Positions 1-9,435 of a stretch of 63,339 nt of DNA are shown here, one piece after another (the first letter of the stretch is position 1; every line of letters begins with the position of its first letter). The position numbers and the translations under genes were made by a program. The stretch is from Actinomycetota bacterium (lineage in GTDB: Bacteria > Actinomycetota > Geothermincolia > Fen-727 > Anoxymicrobiaceae): assembly GCA_020062425.1 (NCBI GenBank), contig JAGUWJ010000010.1, forward strand, positions 1-63,339, in the 5' to 3' direction. The notes beneath the pieces are model-generated. The model saw only the letters and a program-made list of their open reading frames with translations. It was not told the origin of the DNA and ran no database searches.

Positions 1-388
1 AAACTCGGGAGGAAATCTCACTCCTCTTGGCATGTTGACCCCTTTCTCGGGACACTATTGTGTCCGAACTCAGGGTGTCACGAAAGCGGGTCAACTCCAT
101 CTTGGCCTCGGCATTCAGAAGGTCATCCAGTGAGCTTTGCGTCCCCTCGATCTGGCTTGATAGCACTGCCTCTTTTCGCACGTACATAAAGACGAACAAA
201 TCGGGATCGGGAAGCGTTTGCACGGAGCCGTCGAGGCGTCCGAGAGCGCGATCGGCATCAGATAGAAGCCTTTGCATCTCCACGTCTATTTCCAGCGGAG
301 GATCAGGAGGAAGCGGGGCAGGCATAAAGGCTTTGTATCCCTGAAGCTGCCTTATATACTGTCCTGCGCGGGTCTTCTTATTGGTCAT
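1..388 (-). CDS. Fic/DOC family protein, N-terminal part; runs off the window edge and may be degraded
   Basis: Hand translation from ATG at 388: MTNKKTRAGQYIRQLQGYKAFMPAPLPPDPPLEIDVEMQRLLSDADRALGRLDGSVQTLPDPDLFVFMYVRKEAVLSSQIEGTQSSLDDLL, the typical Fic N-terminal domain pattern. After about aa 95 the sequence no longer looks Fic-like. The frame stays open to position 1. Confidence 0.5.
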   Translation of the reverse strand, partial: MTNKKTRAGQYIRQLQGYKAFMPAPLPPDPPLEIDVEMQRLLSDADRALGRLDGSVQTLPDPDLFVFMYVRKEAVLSSQIEGTQSSLDDLLNAEAKMELTRFRDTLSSDTIVSRERGQHAKRSEISSRV

Positions 389-601
389 CTGAGTTACCCA
401 TTAGAGTTGAAATCTGCCTTCAATATAGTCGAGATTATAGACCATATTAAAGGTAAACTTCAATATAGAGTAGCAAATAGCAACTTGTTGAATTCAAGCT
501 GCAGTATCACGGGCCGGACCAGCATGGTTCTCCCAAACCAGATCATCGAGGCATGGCGCTTCGGGTGTCAACTTCAACCGACCGCTTGGCATCCCCCCGA
601 T

Positions 602-1900
602 TCATCCGCCGGGCCTGGTCTCGGGGATGTTGCGCACGACCAGCAGGAAGCCGGCGAAGCCCAGCGCCGCCAGGATGAGGATGGACCACCGGTAATCGAG
701 CGTGCCTGTGGGAGAGGTACGGTGGAAGAGCTCGACGAGCAGGGGAACAACGACCTGCCCGACGCTGCCCAGGGCGAAGAGAACACCCACGGCCGTCCCC
801 GCCAGTTGCGGGCCCACGTCCTCAATCTCACCGAGCATTGTGAAAAGCACCGGCTGGGCCGCCAGCATTATGAAACCGAGTGCGGCAGCGCAGGCTGCAA
901 CGAGTGAGTGGACTGGCAGAAACGCTATGCAGATGGAAAGGGGCACTGCCGCCACGGCCGGCATCAAGATGAAAGGCCGGCGCCTGCCGATCCTGTCAGA
1001 GACGGCCGGCAGGATAGCTGACCCCGCGATGCCGCCGACCGTTACGGCACCGGCTACCAGTGCCGCGAATCGGGTGCTGAAGCCGTGGAAACCCATCAGC
1101 TTCTCCATGGTGATGAGCAGGGTGATGTAGAAACCCATGCCGTAGAAGAAGATCAGGCTCAGCGCACGGAAATCCGGAAGCGCGAGCAGCCTGCGCACCA
1201 CTGCCGGATCGGGAGCCATGCGGCCTTCCGCGGGCGGGGCCTCCGGCTCTCGCCTGACCAGCGCGAAGAAGAGCAGGGCGGCGACCGACACCACTATCGC
1301 GAAGACGTCCAGCACCCTGCTCACCGCCGCCAGGGCCTGCTCGGACGAAGGGGAAGCGGGCACCTGGCCTATGAGAGCCGCCATGGGGAAGACGGCGGCG
1401 TTGCCCAGCAGCAGGCTCATGGTGGTCAGACCGGTAGCGGTCGCTCTCTGGCTTTCAGGGAACCACTTCACGGGCATCTGGAAGATGCAGACGACGCAGC
1501 AGCAGGCTCCCGCGGAGATGATCACCTGCAACGCCAGGAGTATCCAGTAAAGAGTGTGGCCGGGCAGCCCCAGGTTGGCGGCAACCGCCCTCATGATGGC
1601 TGCCGGTACCATCAAGCCGAGCCCGAGTGACACGGTGAACCTGAATCCCCGCCGGTCGGCCAGTTTGCCGATCAAGGCGGCAAGTGCGATAAAGACCAGG
1701 GGATCGACCAGGGCCAGGAGGCGAACCGCGAAATGGCCCACGCCGAGCGCCGTCTGCACTTCGGTCTCTATTGGCGCGAAGGTCAGCCAGAGGAGCGCCT
1801 GCGAGAAGAGCACCAGACCGAAAGCGGCGAGCACCACCCAGCGGTAGCCGGTCATAGGACTGTCAGGGACCTTGTTGCGTTCGAATGTATTCAACAGCAT
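602..1900 (-). CDS. MFS transporter
   Basis: 432 aa, about 12 hydrophobic segments, GKLADRRGFR loop motif between TM2 and TM3. Confidence 0.85.
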   Translation of the reverse strand: MLLNTFERNKVPDSPMTGYRWVVLAAFGLVLFSQALLWLTFAPIETEVQTALGVGHFAVRLLALVDPLVFIALAALIGKLADRRGFRFTVSLGLGLMVPAAIMRAVAANLGLPGHTLYWILLALQVIISAGACCCVVCIFQMPVKWFPESQRATATGLTTMSLLLGNAAVFPMAALIGQVPASPSSEQALAAVSRVLDVFAIVVSVAALLFFALVRREPEAPPAEGRMAPDPAVVRRLLALPDFRALSLIFFYGMGFYITLLITMEKLMGFHGFSTRFAALVAGAVTVGGIAGSAILPAVSDRIGRRRPFILMPAVAAVPLSICIAFLPVHSLVAACAAALGFIMLAAQPVLFTMLGEIEDVGPQLAGTAVGVLFALGSVGQVVVPLLVELFHRTSPTGTLDYRWSILILAALGFAGFLLVVRNIPETRPGG

Positions 1901-2009
1901 ATCAAGGACACTTTATCTGAAGAATCGCGGTAAGCAAACCACCCATCGAGGCGTCCAGATGATAAGATGCTGATGACGTGATAGAGGCATTCAACCGAAA
2001 GGGCTTATC

Positions 2010-2411
2010 ATGAGAAAGAGCATCGTGCTCGTGTCCATCCTGTTGATTCTCATTCCGGCCGTCGTCCTCGCCGGGTGCGGTGGAGGAGGGGAGTCGAGCG
2101 GTAATACCGCGGAAGCGACCGCGAAGGAGTTCTTCGCGGCGTACGCGGATCAGGACGCCGACACCTCCTGGGACCTGCTTGCGTCCGAATCGACAAAGAC
2201 GGTCAAGAAGGCCGACTGGGAAGAGTTCCTGAAGGAATCGCCGGGCATGGAGTTCACGGTTGGCGAAGTGACTGTCAACGGTGACAAAGCCACCGCCGAG
2301 GTGACGGCTGTCGCTGGGGAAGAGAAGAGCACAGAGACTGTGCCTTTGGTCAAGGAAGACGGCGCCTGGAAAGTGAACCTGGCCGCGATAGAGACGCAGA
2401 GTAGCCAATAA
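2010..2411 (+). CDS. Small secreted lipoprotein, function unknown
   Basis: Signal peptide with lipobox VLAGC followed by a Gly-rich linker; 133 aa. Confidence 0.7.
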   Translation: MRKSIVLVSILLILIPAVVLAGCGGGGESSGNTAEATAKEFFAAYADQDADTSWDLLASESTKTVKKADWEEFLKESPGMEFTVGEVTVNGDKATAEVTAVAGEEKSTETVPLVKEDGAWKVNLAAIETQSSQ

Positions 2412-2565
2412 CCGGGTAGGATCAACACGAAGAGGAAACGCCTGCCGGGCCCGCGCAGCTTCGCCTAAAACACGTAAAAGACTCTGCAGAGGAATTGAAA
2501 GAAGCTGCCCAGCAGGGTGAACACATGAAAGAACGGATGGGCATGCTTGAGAGAGAACAGTATCA

Positions 2566-2856
2566 TCAGCCGCCGGCGATAGGTGGGAAGATGGCCACCG
2601 TATCTCCGTCATGGACTGTGCAATCCAAACCCCCGGGCAATGCACGGTAGTGGTGTCCGTTGAGCAGAATAGGGTTCTCCGGGCGGATCGCTCCCGTCTC
2701 AGGATCAAACACTCTGTTTTGGAAAGCCTCTCCAAGACGCTCTGCTGTCTGGCTGAGAACTTCCCGTATGGTCGCCCCGGGCAGTTCGAGCTCTACCTCA
2801 CCAGTACCGCCCATCGCGGTCTTGATCTGCAGATAGCCTTTTACCCTTATCGCCAA
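2566..2856 (-). CDS. MoaD/ThiS-family ubiquitin-like small protein (C-terminal GG)
   Basis: 96 aa ending ...VAIFPPIAGG. Size and the LLNG...DGD.V.IFPP.AGG pattern are typical of MoaD/ThiS sulfur carriers. Last gene of the operon. Confidence 0.7.
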   Translation of the reverse strand: MAIRVKGYLQIKTAMGGTGEVELELPGATIREVLSQTAERLGEAFQNRVFDPETGAIRPENPILLNGHHYRALPGGLDCTVHDGDTVAIFPPIAGG

Positions 2857-2862
2857 AGGAGA

Positions 2863-3672
2863 TCACCCGTCCGCCTGTCTCCCGGCCTTCTCGGCGGATG
2901 ATTCTGCCATCGTGGCATCCCGAAACCCCAACCTGCCCAGGATTTCGCCGACAGCGAGCAGACTCGGCGCATCGTCAGGGAGCTCCCATATAGACCTGCC
3001 GGTCCGGTCGAACTCGATCACCTTTCTGTCCATCGGAATCATTCCCGCCAATTCCAGGCCCAGCTCTTTCGACTTTTCCAGCAACTCCTCAACCCCATTC
3101 TCCACCCGGTTGAGGATGAGTCGTATCCGGAAGGAACCTTCCACACCGTAATCCGTTGCGATTTTCTTCAGGTGTGCCGCGGTCTGCAGTCCCTTTACGG
3201 TAGGGTCCGAGACAATGAGCAGTGTATTGATGCTGCCCAGTACCCTCCTGTTAATCTGCTCGATCCCGGCTTCGCAATCAACTAAAGTCAGTTCATATCG
3301 CTCGGCGAGTGATTCAATCCCGTGCTTCAAGAGCTCGTTTATGCCGCAGTAACACCCGGGACCCTCGGCCCGGCCGATTGCGAAGAAGGAGTAGTCAGGC
3401 TGTTCAACCAGTGCTTCCTCTATGAGGACGTCACGCATGTGCCGCTCGCCGATCTTTCTCCTCTCCTCGGGATTTTCAATAAGCCTCTTCCGGTAATCCC
3501 CGATTGTGGCTACCGACCCCATGCCAAGGGCAATAGCCAGGCTCACCGGGGGATCGGCGTCAATGATGAGCGGGCGGTATCCCTGGGCGATCAATAACTT
3601 CGCGGCTATGGCCGTGAAGGTGGTCTTGCCGGCGCCTCCCTTTCCCGTAACCGCGATAGTCTCCGGCGGCAT
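2863..3672 (-). CDS. CooC-type MinD/ParA-family ATPase (metallocentre maturation factor-like)
   Basis: Deviant Walker A IAVTGKGGAGKTT, IIDADP, and a CxC motif (GPGCYCG) as in CooC. Start moved to ATG 3672 (MPPETIAVTGKGG), which follows GGAAAGGGGA; the ORF-track start is 3699. Confidence 0.75.
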   Translation of the reverse strand: MPPETIAVTGKGGAGKTTFTAIAAKLLIAQGYRPLIIDADPPVSLAIALGMGSVATIGDYRKRLIENPEERRKIGERHMRDVLIEEALVEQPDYSFFAIGRAEGPGCYCGINELLKHGIESLAERYELTLVDCEAGIEQINRRVLGSINTLLIVSDPTVKGLQTAAHLKKIATDYGVEGSFRIRLILNRVENGVEELLEKSKELGLELAGMIPMDRKVIEFDRTGRSIWELPDDAPSLLAVGEILGRLGFRDATMAESSAEKAGRQADG

Positions 3673-3703
3673 GGCATTAATCCCCTTTCCGGCAGTCATT
3701 CAC

Positions 3704-4516
3704 TCACTCACCGCCGACCGCGCTGGTGCGCAATTGCCTCTTGGCCCTTTCCTCGGCGAAGAGCGCCGCGCCGAGCGCACCGATGATCTGCGGGTCGACA
3801 TTCGGTAACTCGAGCTGCTCCAGACCTAGTATTTCCTTTAACTGGGAGACGACGGCGACATTCTTGGCGACCCCGCCGGTCATGGCCACTTCGGGCTTGA
3901 TCCCTACACGCTTGGCCAGTTTGCTGATTCGTTCGGCCATGGCCGAACATACTCCGGAAGCGATGCGCTGTGGGGTTTCTCCGTCGTATAGCAGGCATAG
4001 CACGTCGTACATAGCAAGAACGCTGCAGGTCTTTGTGATACCGACGGTATCCTCAGCCGACAGGGCCAGGGGTCCCAGCTGTTCCAATTCCACACCGAGA
4101 GATTTGGCCATCAACTCCAGGAATCTCCCCGTCCCCGCGGCGCACTTGTCGTTCATGACGAAGTCGACCATGTATCCCAGCTTGTCCACGCGGATGACCT
4201 TGCAGTCCTGGCCGCCTATGTCGATTATGGTCCTCACGTTCGGATTGGCCCAGTGTGCTCCCCTGCCGTGGCAGGATATCTCAGAGATGCTGCTCTGGGC
4301 GAACTCGATGCGCTCGCGGCCGTAGCCTGTGCTCACGCAGTAATCCAGGTCTTCGAACTCCAATCCCGCCTTGGCGAGCGCCTGGGCGGTGACCTCCCGC
4401 GCGGTATCCTCCGGCCGCGGTCGCACGCGGATTATCTCGTACCCAATAATCTTGTCGTCTTCGAGAAGAACAGCTTCGCCGCTCAGGGAGCCTACGTCGC
4501 AACCGGTAAATATCAC
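3704..4516 (-). CDS. BcrA/BcrD/BadF/BadG/HgdC-family ATPase (electron-activating subunit)
   Basis: Motifs GCDVGS, DIGGQD, NDKCAAGTGRFLE, TGGVAKN. Start set to GTG 4516, preceded by AGGAGAGAAAT. The longer ORF-track form (to 5044) overlaps the upstream gene and its N-terminus is Arg/Gly junk. Confidence 0.85.
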   Translation of the reverse strand: MIFTGCDVGSLSGEAVLLEDDKIIGYEIIRVRPRPEDTAREVTAQALAKAGLEFEDLDYCVSTGYGRERIEFAQSSISEISCHGRGAHWANPNVRTIIDIGGQDCKVIRVDKLGYMVDFVMNDKCAAGTGRFLELMAKSLGVELEQLGPLALSAEDTVGITKTCSVLAMYDVLCLLYDGETPQRIASGVCSAMAERISKLAKRVGIKPEVAMTGGVAKNVAVVSQLKEILGLEQLELPNVDPQIIGALGAALFAEERAKRQLRTSAVGGE

Positions 4517-4527
4517 ATTTCTCTCCT

Positions 4528-5319
4528 CTATTCCAGGGACTTTTCTCTCGCAAGCAATGCTGCGCCGACTGCGGTCAATTCCTGCGGGTCGAATCTGATC
4601 TCTTCCACCTTCACGCCGACGATCTCCTCCAGCGCCTTGACCACGCTGCTGTTCTTGACCACACCCCCGGTCACCAGCAGGTCGGGTTCGAATCCCACCC
4701 GGTTCAGCATGGTCGCCGCGCCGGAAGCTATGGCGTAGGCGATACCGGAAGATATGCTCGAGACGGCCTCCCCTTCGTTCAGGTGGGATACGATCTCGCT
4801 CTCTCCGAAGACCGCGCATTGCGCGCTGATGCGGGCTCTTTCGGGGGCTGCCTGGGCCAGGGGGCAGAGCTCCTCCACGCCCAGCTCCAGGGCCTGTGCA
4901 GCCTGCTCTATGAAAAAACCGGTACCCGCGGCACAGCGGTCGTTGGTACGGTACTCGAGGACCCGGCCGTCTTCGTTCAAGACGACCACCGTGGTACTCA
5001 GTCCTCCTAGGTCGATGACGGTGCGGACCCCGGGATGGGCCCAATTCACCCCACGCGCCAGGGCGCTTATAGCGCTGGTGGAAAGGTGGGGGAATGGAAT
5101 GTACCTCTCTCCCCAGCCGGTTCCCCCGACATTTCCGATCTCCTCAATGGTCACCTTCGCCATCTCCAGCGCTCTGCTGGTGGAATCCTCGATTGCCTGG
5201 ACCAATCGCCCCTCGTTCCTGGTGATATCGAACCCGATTACCGTGCCATCCATGAGGACTACGGTTTTCGTGGACATTGCGCCCGCGTCGCATCCCAGAG
5301 ATGCCTGCATGTTCTTCAT
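4528..5319 (-). CDS. BcrA/BcrD/BadF/BadG/HgdC-family ATPase, second distinct paralog
   Basis: Motifs GCDAGA, DLGG, NDRCAAGTGFFIE, TGGVVKN; GGAGG ribosome-binding site upstream of ATG 5319. Confidence 0.85.
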   Translation of the reverse strand: MKNMQASLGCDAGAMSTKTVVLMDGTVIGFDITRNEGRLVQAIEDSTSRALEMAKVTIEEIGNVGGTGWGERYIPFPHLSTSAISALARGVNWAHPGVRTVIDLGGLSTTVVVLNEDGRVLEYRTNDRCAAGTGFFIEQAAQALELGVEELCPLAQAAPERARISAQCAVFGESEIVSHLNEGEAVSSISSGIAYAIASGAATMLNRVGFEPDLLVTGGVVKNSSVVKALEEIVGVKVEEIRFDPQELTAVGAALLAREKSLE

Positions 5320-5363
5320 ATTCCGCAGTTTCCTCCGTTTATTCCTGCTGCAACACCGGCAGG

Positions 5364-6815
5364 TCAGGAAAATGTTGTCTCGACAAACTCGCCTACAATG
5401 CGCCGCAGCTCTGCCGGCGGAGTGAAGCGCTTGTCGAACATGTCCAGCTCGAACCTGAGACAGGGAACTCCAGTCTTCTCTTTGATCTTATCGCTCATGA
5501 GCTTGTTGAGCGCCCAGTAATGCTTGCAGGCCATGTTTCCCCCGAGTATCAGCGCGTCGGCCTTGTGGCCTTTTACCACAGTCTCGAAGTCGTTGATCCA
5601 AATGTCCGAGAAGGTCATGCTCTGCCTTCCCATGGGCATGTTGATAACGCGCCAGGCCAGGCCTTCGATCATGGACTCCACGCTGCTCGTGTCGACCAAC
5701 CCGATATCGGGGTCGAAGTACGTCAGGGTATCCGCCATGTACGTGACCCCATGCTCCTCCTCCAACCAGTCGAAGAAGGGCAGATCGTAAGCTTCCCAGG
5801 TATAGCCCCAGGCGAACCGCTTCTCCTTCTTGTCTTCAGGTATGACGCCCTCGCCTTTGTCCGCCTTGGCCTTGACCACTTCGTAGACCTCTTTGAAATA
5901 GGCCGCTGCCATCGGTGACCCGATCCCGGTGAGGAAGATGGTGTCCGCCGGCCGGTGCCAGCCGGTATCCGGGCAGGGCACGTTTTTCTTCAGCTCCTGG
6001 GTCTTTATGAAGTAGTCGACGGCCTGGTTTCCATAATCGACGTGCTCCCTCAGCTTATCCTCGTCGAGGGTGTTGCCGGTCATCTTCTCAATTGCCTCGA
6101 TCATCCTCTTCGTCTCGTCCACCAGGAACTTGAGGCTCCGCTCGTCACGATAATACGGTGTCTCTATGGGGACCAGCGGAATCCCCAACTTGCGGGCCGT
6201 CCACTCGTACAGCTTATTACTGGGATCGCACGGGGTGGTGACCTTGAACAGCATATCCGGATTGGGGACCACTCCCATGAGGAGGAATCCGGCAGTGCCC
6301 TTCTGTGTCGAGCACAGGTGGTCGGGGTAGCCCTCGGCCTCGATGCGGTCTATTCCTTCCTCGCACCCGTTATTGTACAGAGCCGCGGTAAGACCGCATA
6401 TGAGCTCGTAGCAAATGGGCATTATGCCCATTGCGAAACACAACTCCACGCTGACGGCGAAGTAGTTGTAGCAGAGCGGCTTCCCCGAGTCCAGACCCTC
6501 GAGCACGTAGTCGGCGTAGTCCTTCATGTGCCTGCAGAACGCCGCGGCGGTGGGCCTGTTCTTCTCCTTGATGATGGTATCCACCAGAGCCGGCTGGACC
6601 ATGTCGAAATTCGCGAGCAGCCCCTCGGGGAGGATATCATACATTACCTCCCGGCCGCCCCACTCCTCGAGGTCATAAAGGCTCTCCTGGTCCAGCACGA
6701 AGTTGGCCAGCTCCATGGTGGTCTTCCAGTTCTCGAATATGGTGCGGTCCTTGTGGTTACCTTCCGTTTCGCTCACCTCGCCCGGGCTTGAACCTTTCGA
6801 AACTCTTTCATTCAT
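5364..6815 (-). CDS. BcrB/HgdB-type 2-hydroxyacyl-CoA dehydratase/benzoyl-CoA reductase D-family subunit, tandem copy 2
   Basis: Collinear with the 6827-8230 product over its whole length. The start is uncertain: the codon equivalent to the copy-1 ATG reads ACG here, so upstream ATG 6815 (MNERVSKG...) is used. Confidence 0.75.
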   Translation of the reverse strand: MNERVSKGSSPGEVSETEGNHKDRTIFENWKTTMELANFVLDQESLYDLEEWGGREVMYDILPEGLLANFDMVQPALVDTIIKEKNRPTAAAFCRHMKDYADYVLEGLDSGKPLCYNYFAVSVELCFAMGIMPICYELICGLTAALYNNGCEEGIDRIEAEGYPDHLCSTQKGTAGFLLMGVVPNPDMLFKVTTPCDPSNKLYEWTARKLGIPLVPIETPYYRDERSLKFLVDETKRMIEAIEKMTGNTLDEDKLREHVDYGNQAVDYFIKTQELKKNVPCPDTGWHRPADTIFLTGIGSPMAAAYFKEVYEVVKAKADKGEGVIPEDKKEKRFAWGYTWEAYDLPFFDWLEEEHGVTYMADTLTYFDPDIGLVDTSSVESMIEGLAWRVINMPMGRQSMTFSDIWINDFETVVKGHKADALILGGNMACKHYWALNKLMSDKIKEKTGVPCLRFELDMFDKRFTPPAELRRIVGEFVETTFS

Positions 6816-6826
6816 CTCGTGCAAAC

Positions 6827-8230
6827 TCAGGGAAATGTGGTCTCGACAAACTCCCCCACTATGCGGCGCAGCTCGGCCGGTGGAGTAAAGCGCTTGTCGA
6901 ACATGTCCATCTCGAACCTGAGACAGGGGATTCCCGTCTGCTCTTTTATCTTGTCGCTCATGAGTTTGTTGAGCGCCCAGAAGTGTTTGCAGGCCATGTG
7001 GCCCCCGAGTATCAGCGCGTCGGCCTTGTGGCCTTTTACCACCGTCTCGAAGTCGCTGATCCACATGTCGGAGAAGCCCATTGTCTGCCTGCCCATGGGC
7101 ATGTTCATCACCCGCCAGGCCAGGCCCTCGATCATGGTCTCGACGCTGCTCGTGTCGATCATTCCGACATCCGGGTCGAAGTAGGTCAGGGTGTCCGCCA
7201 TGTACGTGACCCCGTGCTCCTCCTCCAGCCAGTCGAAGAAAGGCAGGTCGTAACACTCCCAGGTGTATCCCCAGGCGAATCGCTTCTCCTTCTTTCCTTC
7301 GGGGATCACCCCTTCGCCCTTGTCCGCTTTGGCTTTCACAGCTTCGTAGAGATTTTTGAAATAGGCCGCCGACATGGGCGTTCCGATGCCGGTGAGGAAG
7401 ATGGTGTCCGCCGGCCGGTGCCAGCCGGTGTCCGGGCAGGGCATGATCTTCTTCAGTTCCTGGGTCTTGATGAAGTACTCAACGGTCTCGTTTCCATAGC
7501 CGACGTGCTCCCTCAGCTTATCCTCATCGAGGGTGTTGCCGGTCAGCTTCTCCATCGCCTCGATCATCCTCTTGATGTCATCCATGAGGTACTTGATGCT
7601 GCGCTCGTCTCGATAATACGGTGATTCGATAGGGATCAGTGGAATATTCAGCTCGTGAGCCGTCCACTCGTACAGTTTGTTGCTGGCATCGCAAGGCGTG
7701 GTGGGCTTTAGAAGCAGGTCCGGCTTGGGGACAACTCCCATGAGCAGGAAGCCAGCGGTACCTTTCTGCGTAGAGCAAAGGTGGTCCGGATATCCCTCGG
7801 CCTCGATGCGGTCGATACCCTCCTCGCAGCCGTTGTTGTACAGAGCCGCCGTCAAACCGCATATGAGCTCGTAGCAGATGGGCATTATGCCCATGGCGAA
7901 ACAGAGTTCAACGCTGATGGCGAAGTAGTTGTAGGCGAGCGGAATCCCCGACTCGAGTCCTTCGAGCATGAAGTTGGTGTAATCAAGCATGTTCTTACAG
8001 AACGCCTCGGCACTGGGCCTGTTCTTCTCCTTGATGATGGTATCCACCAGAGCCGGCTGGATCATATCGAAATTCTCGAGCATCCCCTCTGGAAGGATGT
8101 CGTAGATCACTTCCCGGCCCCCCCAGTCCTCGAGGTTGTAAAGGCCTTCCTGGTCCAGGACGAACAGGGCCAGCTCCATTGTGGTCTTCCAGTTCTCGAA
8201 TATGGTGCGGTCCTTGTGGTTGTTTCCCAT
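6827..8230 (-). CDS. BcrB/HgdB-type D-family subunit, tandem copy 1
   Basis: Conserved Cys-containing blocks (ELICGLTAALYNNGCEEG, HLCSTQKG, TTPCD). ATG 8230 lies 8 nt after AAGGAGG; the ORF-track GTG 8239 sits inside that ribosome-binding site. Confidence 0.85.
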   Translation of the reverse strand: MGNNHKDRTIFENWKTTMELALFVLDQEGLYNLEDWGGREVIYDILPEGMLENFDMIQPALVDTIIKEKNRPSAEAFCKNMLDYTNFMLEGLESGIPLAYNYFAISVELCFAMGIMPICYELICGLTAALYNNGCEEGIDRIEAEGYPDHLCSTQKGTAGFLLMGVVPKPDLLLKPTTPCDASNKLYEWTAHELNIPLIPIESPYYRDERSIKYLMDDIKRMIEAMEKLTGNTLDEDKLREHVGYGNETVEYFIKTQELKKIMPCPDTGWHRPADTIFLTGIGTPMSAAYFKNLYEAVKAKADKGEGVIPEGKKEKRFAWGYTWECYDLPFFDWLEEEHGVTYMADTLTYFDPDVGMIDTSSVETMIEGLAWRVMNMPMGRQTMGFSDMWISDFETVVKGHKADALILGGHMACKHFWALNKLMSDKIKEQTGIPCLRFEMDMFDKRFTPPAELRRIVGEFVETTFP

Positions 8231-8235
8231 CTTGC

Positions 8236-9360
8236 TCACCTCCTTGCTATCCTCTCCATGAATGCCTCTATCCTTGTCCTGAACCTCCCGATGTCGGAGA
8301 GCATGTACTCCCTTTCCAGGGTGAGGACGGGAATGCCCATTTCCTCCAAGTCCTCTGTGAGCATCACGTTATCGGCCCCGTGGGTGTCGCAGAAGACGAT
8401 CTTCTGCAGGATGATCCCGTCCACATCCGCCCCCCGGGCCATCTCTTCGTTGAACTTGAGCCTGTTGTCGTATTCCCCGAGCATGCGTGGGCAGGGGTTG
8501 TGGTAGTAGTAACGCTTGGCTAGGGCCTGTATGGGATTGCCGTTCTCCTCGACCAGATTGAGGAAATGCCTCGAGCCGTAGCAGAGCGAATCAGTGACAA
8601 CCACTCCGCCGAGGTCCTCGATTATCTCCAGCAGATGGGGGTCATCCATGGCTGAGCCGCCCACCATGAGTCGGGCGCTGTATTCGACGTGCTCGCCGCT
8701 GCTCTCGATCTCTCCCAAAGCCTCCGCAAGCAGCTCGTTGTACCTGTCCCGGGGCATGTGGAAGGCGGACAGTACGATGCGCATGGCATCCGCCCCGCTC
8801 AAGGGCACGTCTTCAGCCTTTCTCATATCGTATAGCTTCTCGACCAGGCGCCTGCTCTCGTTGTAGACCTTGATCGCCTCTCGAACGCTATCGTCAGAGA
8901 TCCTCTTGCCGAAATTCGTGCGCAGCTGCTCCCGGAAATTGAGGATCTCCTCCTCGTACCACTTGAAGCCTCCTTCGTAGATGGAGTGGGGTACCGTTAT
9001 CATGTAGAGGTAATCCGTATTGATGTGCTTGTCCCAGATCTCGTACATCCTGCGAATCTGCTCGCATCCGTTCAGGAAGCAGAATCCGTCCAGGAAATCG
9101 TATTCCCCGGAAAGGCCAGCCTGCAGGATGCAGCGCGCGTAAGTGCAGTTGAACCTGTGCATATATACGTCAGCCAGGTTCGTCTCCGTACAGCCCCGGC
9201 ACTCCACACGGTAAGGCAGCAGCCCGCTCGCCCATATCAGTTCCTCGGGGACATATCCGCATGCCGAGCCGACTATCCGGCGCCCCGAGTCCTTCCACTC
9301 CTTGACATAGGGGTTGTCCCTTCTGTCAGGAAGCGCCAGAAGTTCCTGTAACGCACTCAT
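8236..9360 (-). CDS. BcrC/HgdA-type D-family subunit
   Basis: MSALQELL...GSACGYVPEELIWASGLLPYR...CTYARC...NGCEQIRRMYE... is typical of the HgdA/BcrC family. ATG 9360 follows GGAGGAGG. Confidence 0.8.
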   Translation of the reverse strand: MSALQELLALPDRRDNPYVKEWKDSGRRIVGSACGYVPEELIWASGLLPYRVECRGCTETNLADVYMHRFNCTYARCILQAGLSGEYDFLDGFCFLNGCEQIRRMYEIWDKHINTDYLYMITVPHSIYEGGFKWYEEEILNFREQLRTNFGKRISDDSVREAIKVYNESRRLVEKLYDMRKAEDVPLSGADAMRIVLSAFHMPRDRYNELLAEALGEIESSGEHVEYSARLMVGGSAMDDPHLLEIIEDLGGVVVTDSLCYGSRHFLNLVEENGNPIQALAKRYYYHNPCPRMLGEYDNRLKFNEEMARGADVDGIILQKIVFCDTHGADNVMLTEDLEEMGIPVLTLEREYMLSDIGRFRTRIEAFMERIARR

Positions 9361-9435
9361 GTAACACCTCCTCCGTACAATGCGGAAAGCGAACCCGCGC
9401 TCTCCACTCACCGGTCATTCGCTATGCAAATGCAG

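Noticed and set aside
60-344. 94 aa plus-strand ORF at the left edge
   Set aside because: The opposite strand encodes a recognisable Fic N-terminal domain. The plus-frame product is Ser/Arg-rich with no motif.
1902-2735. 277 aa minus-strand ORF
   Set aside because: It overlaps both the lipoprotein gene (2010-2411) and the MoaD-like gene region, and has no ribosome-binding site or motif.
4517-5044. N-terminal extension of the second ATPase ORF (the ORF-track form 3704-5044). The same issue applies to 6816-7256, 9361-9411, 11113-11199, 14819-14854, 15031-15324, 40593-40694 and 41914-41973.
   Set aside because: These extensions overlap the preceding gene or consist of Arg/Pro/Gly junk. Internal starts with good AGGAGG-type ribosome-binding sites reproduce the family-typical N-termini.
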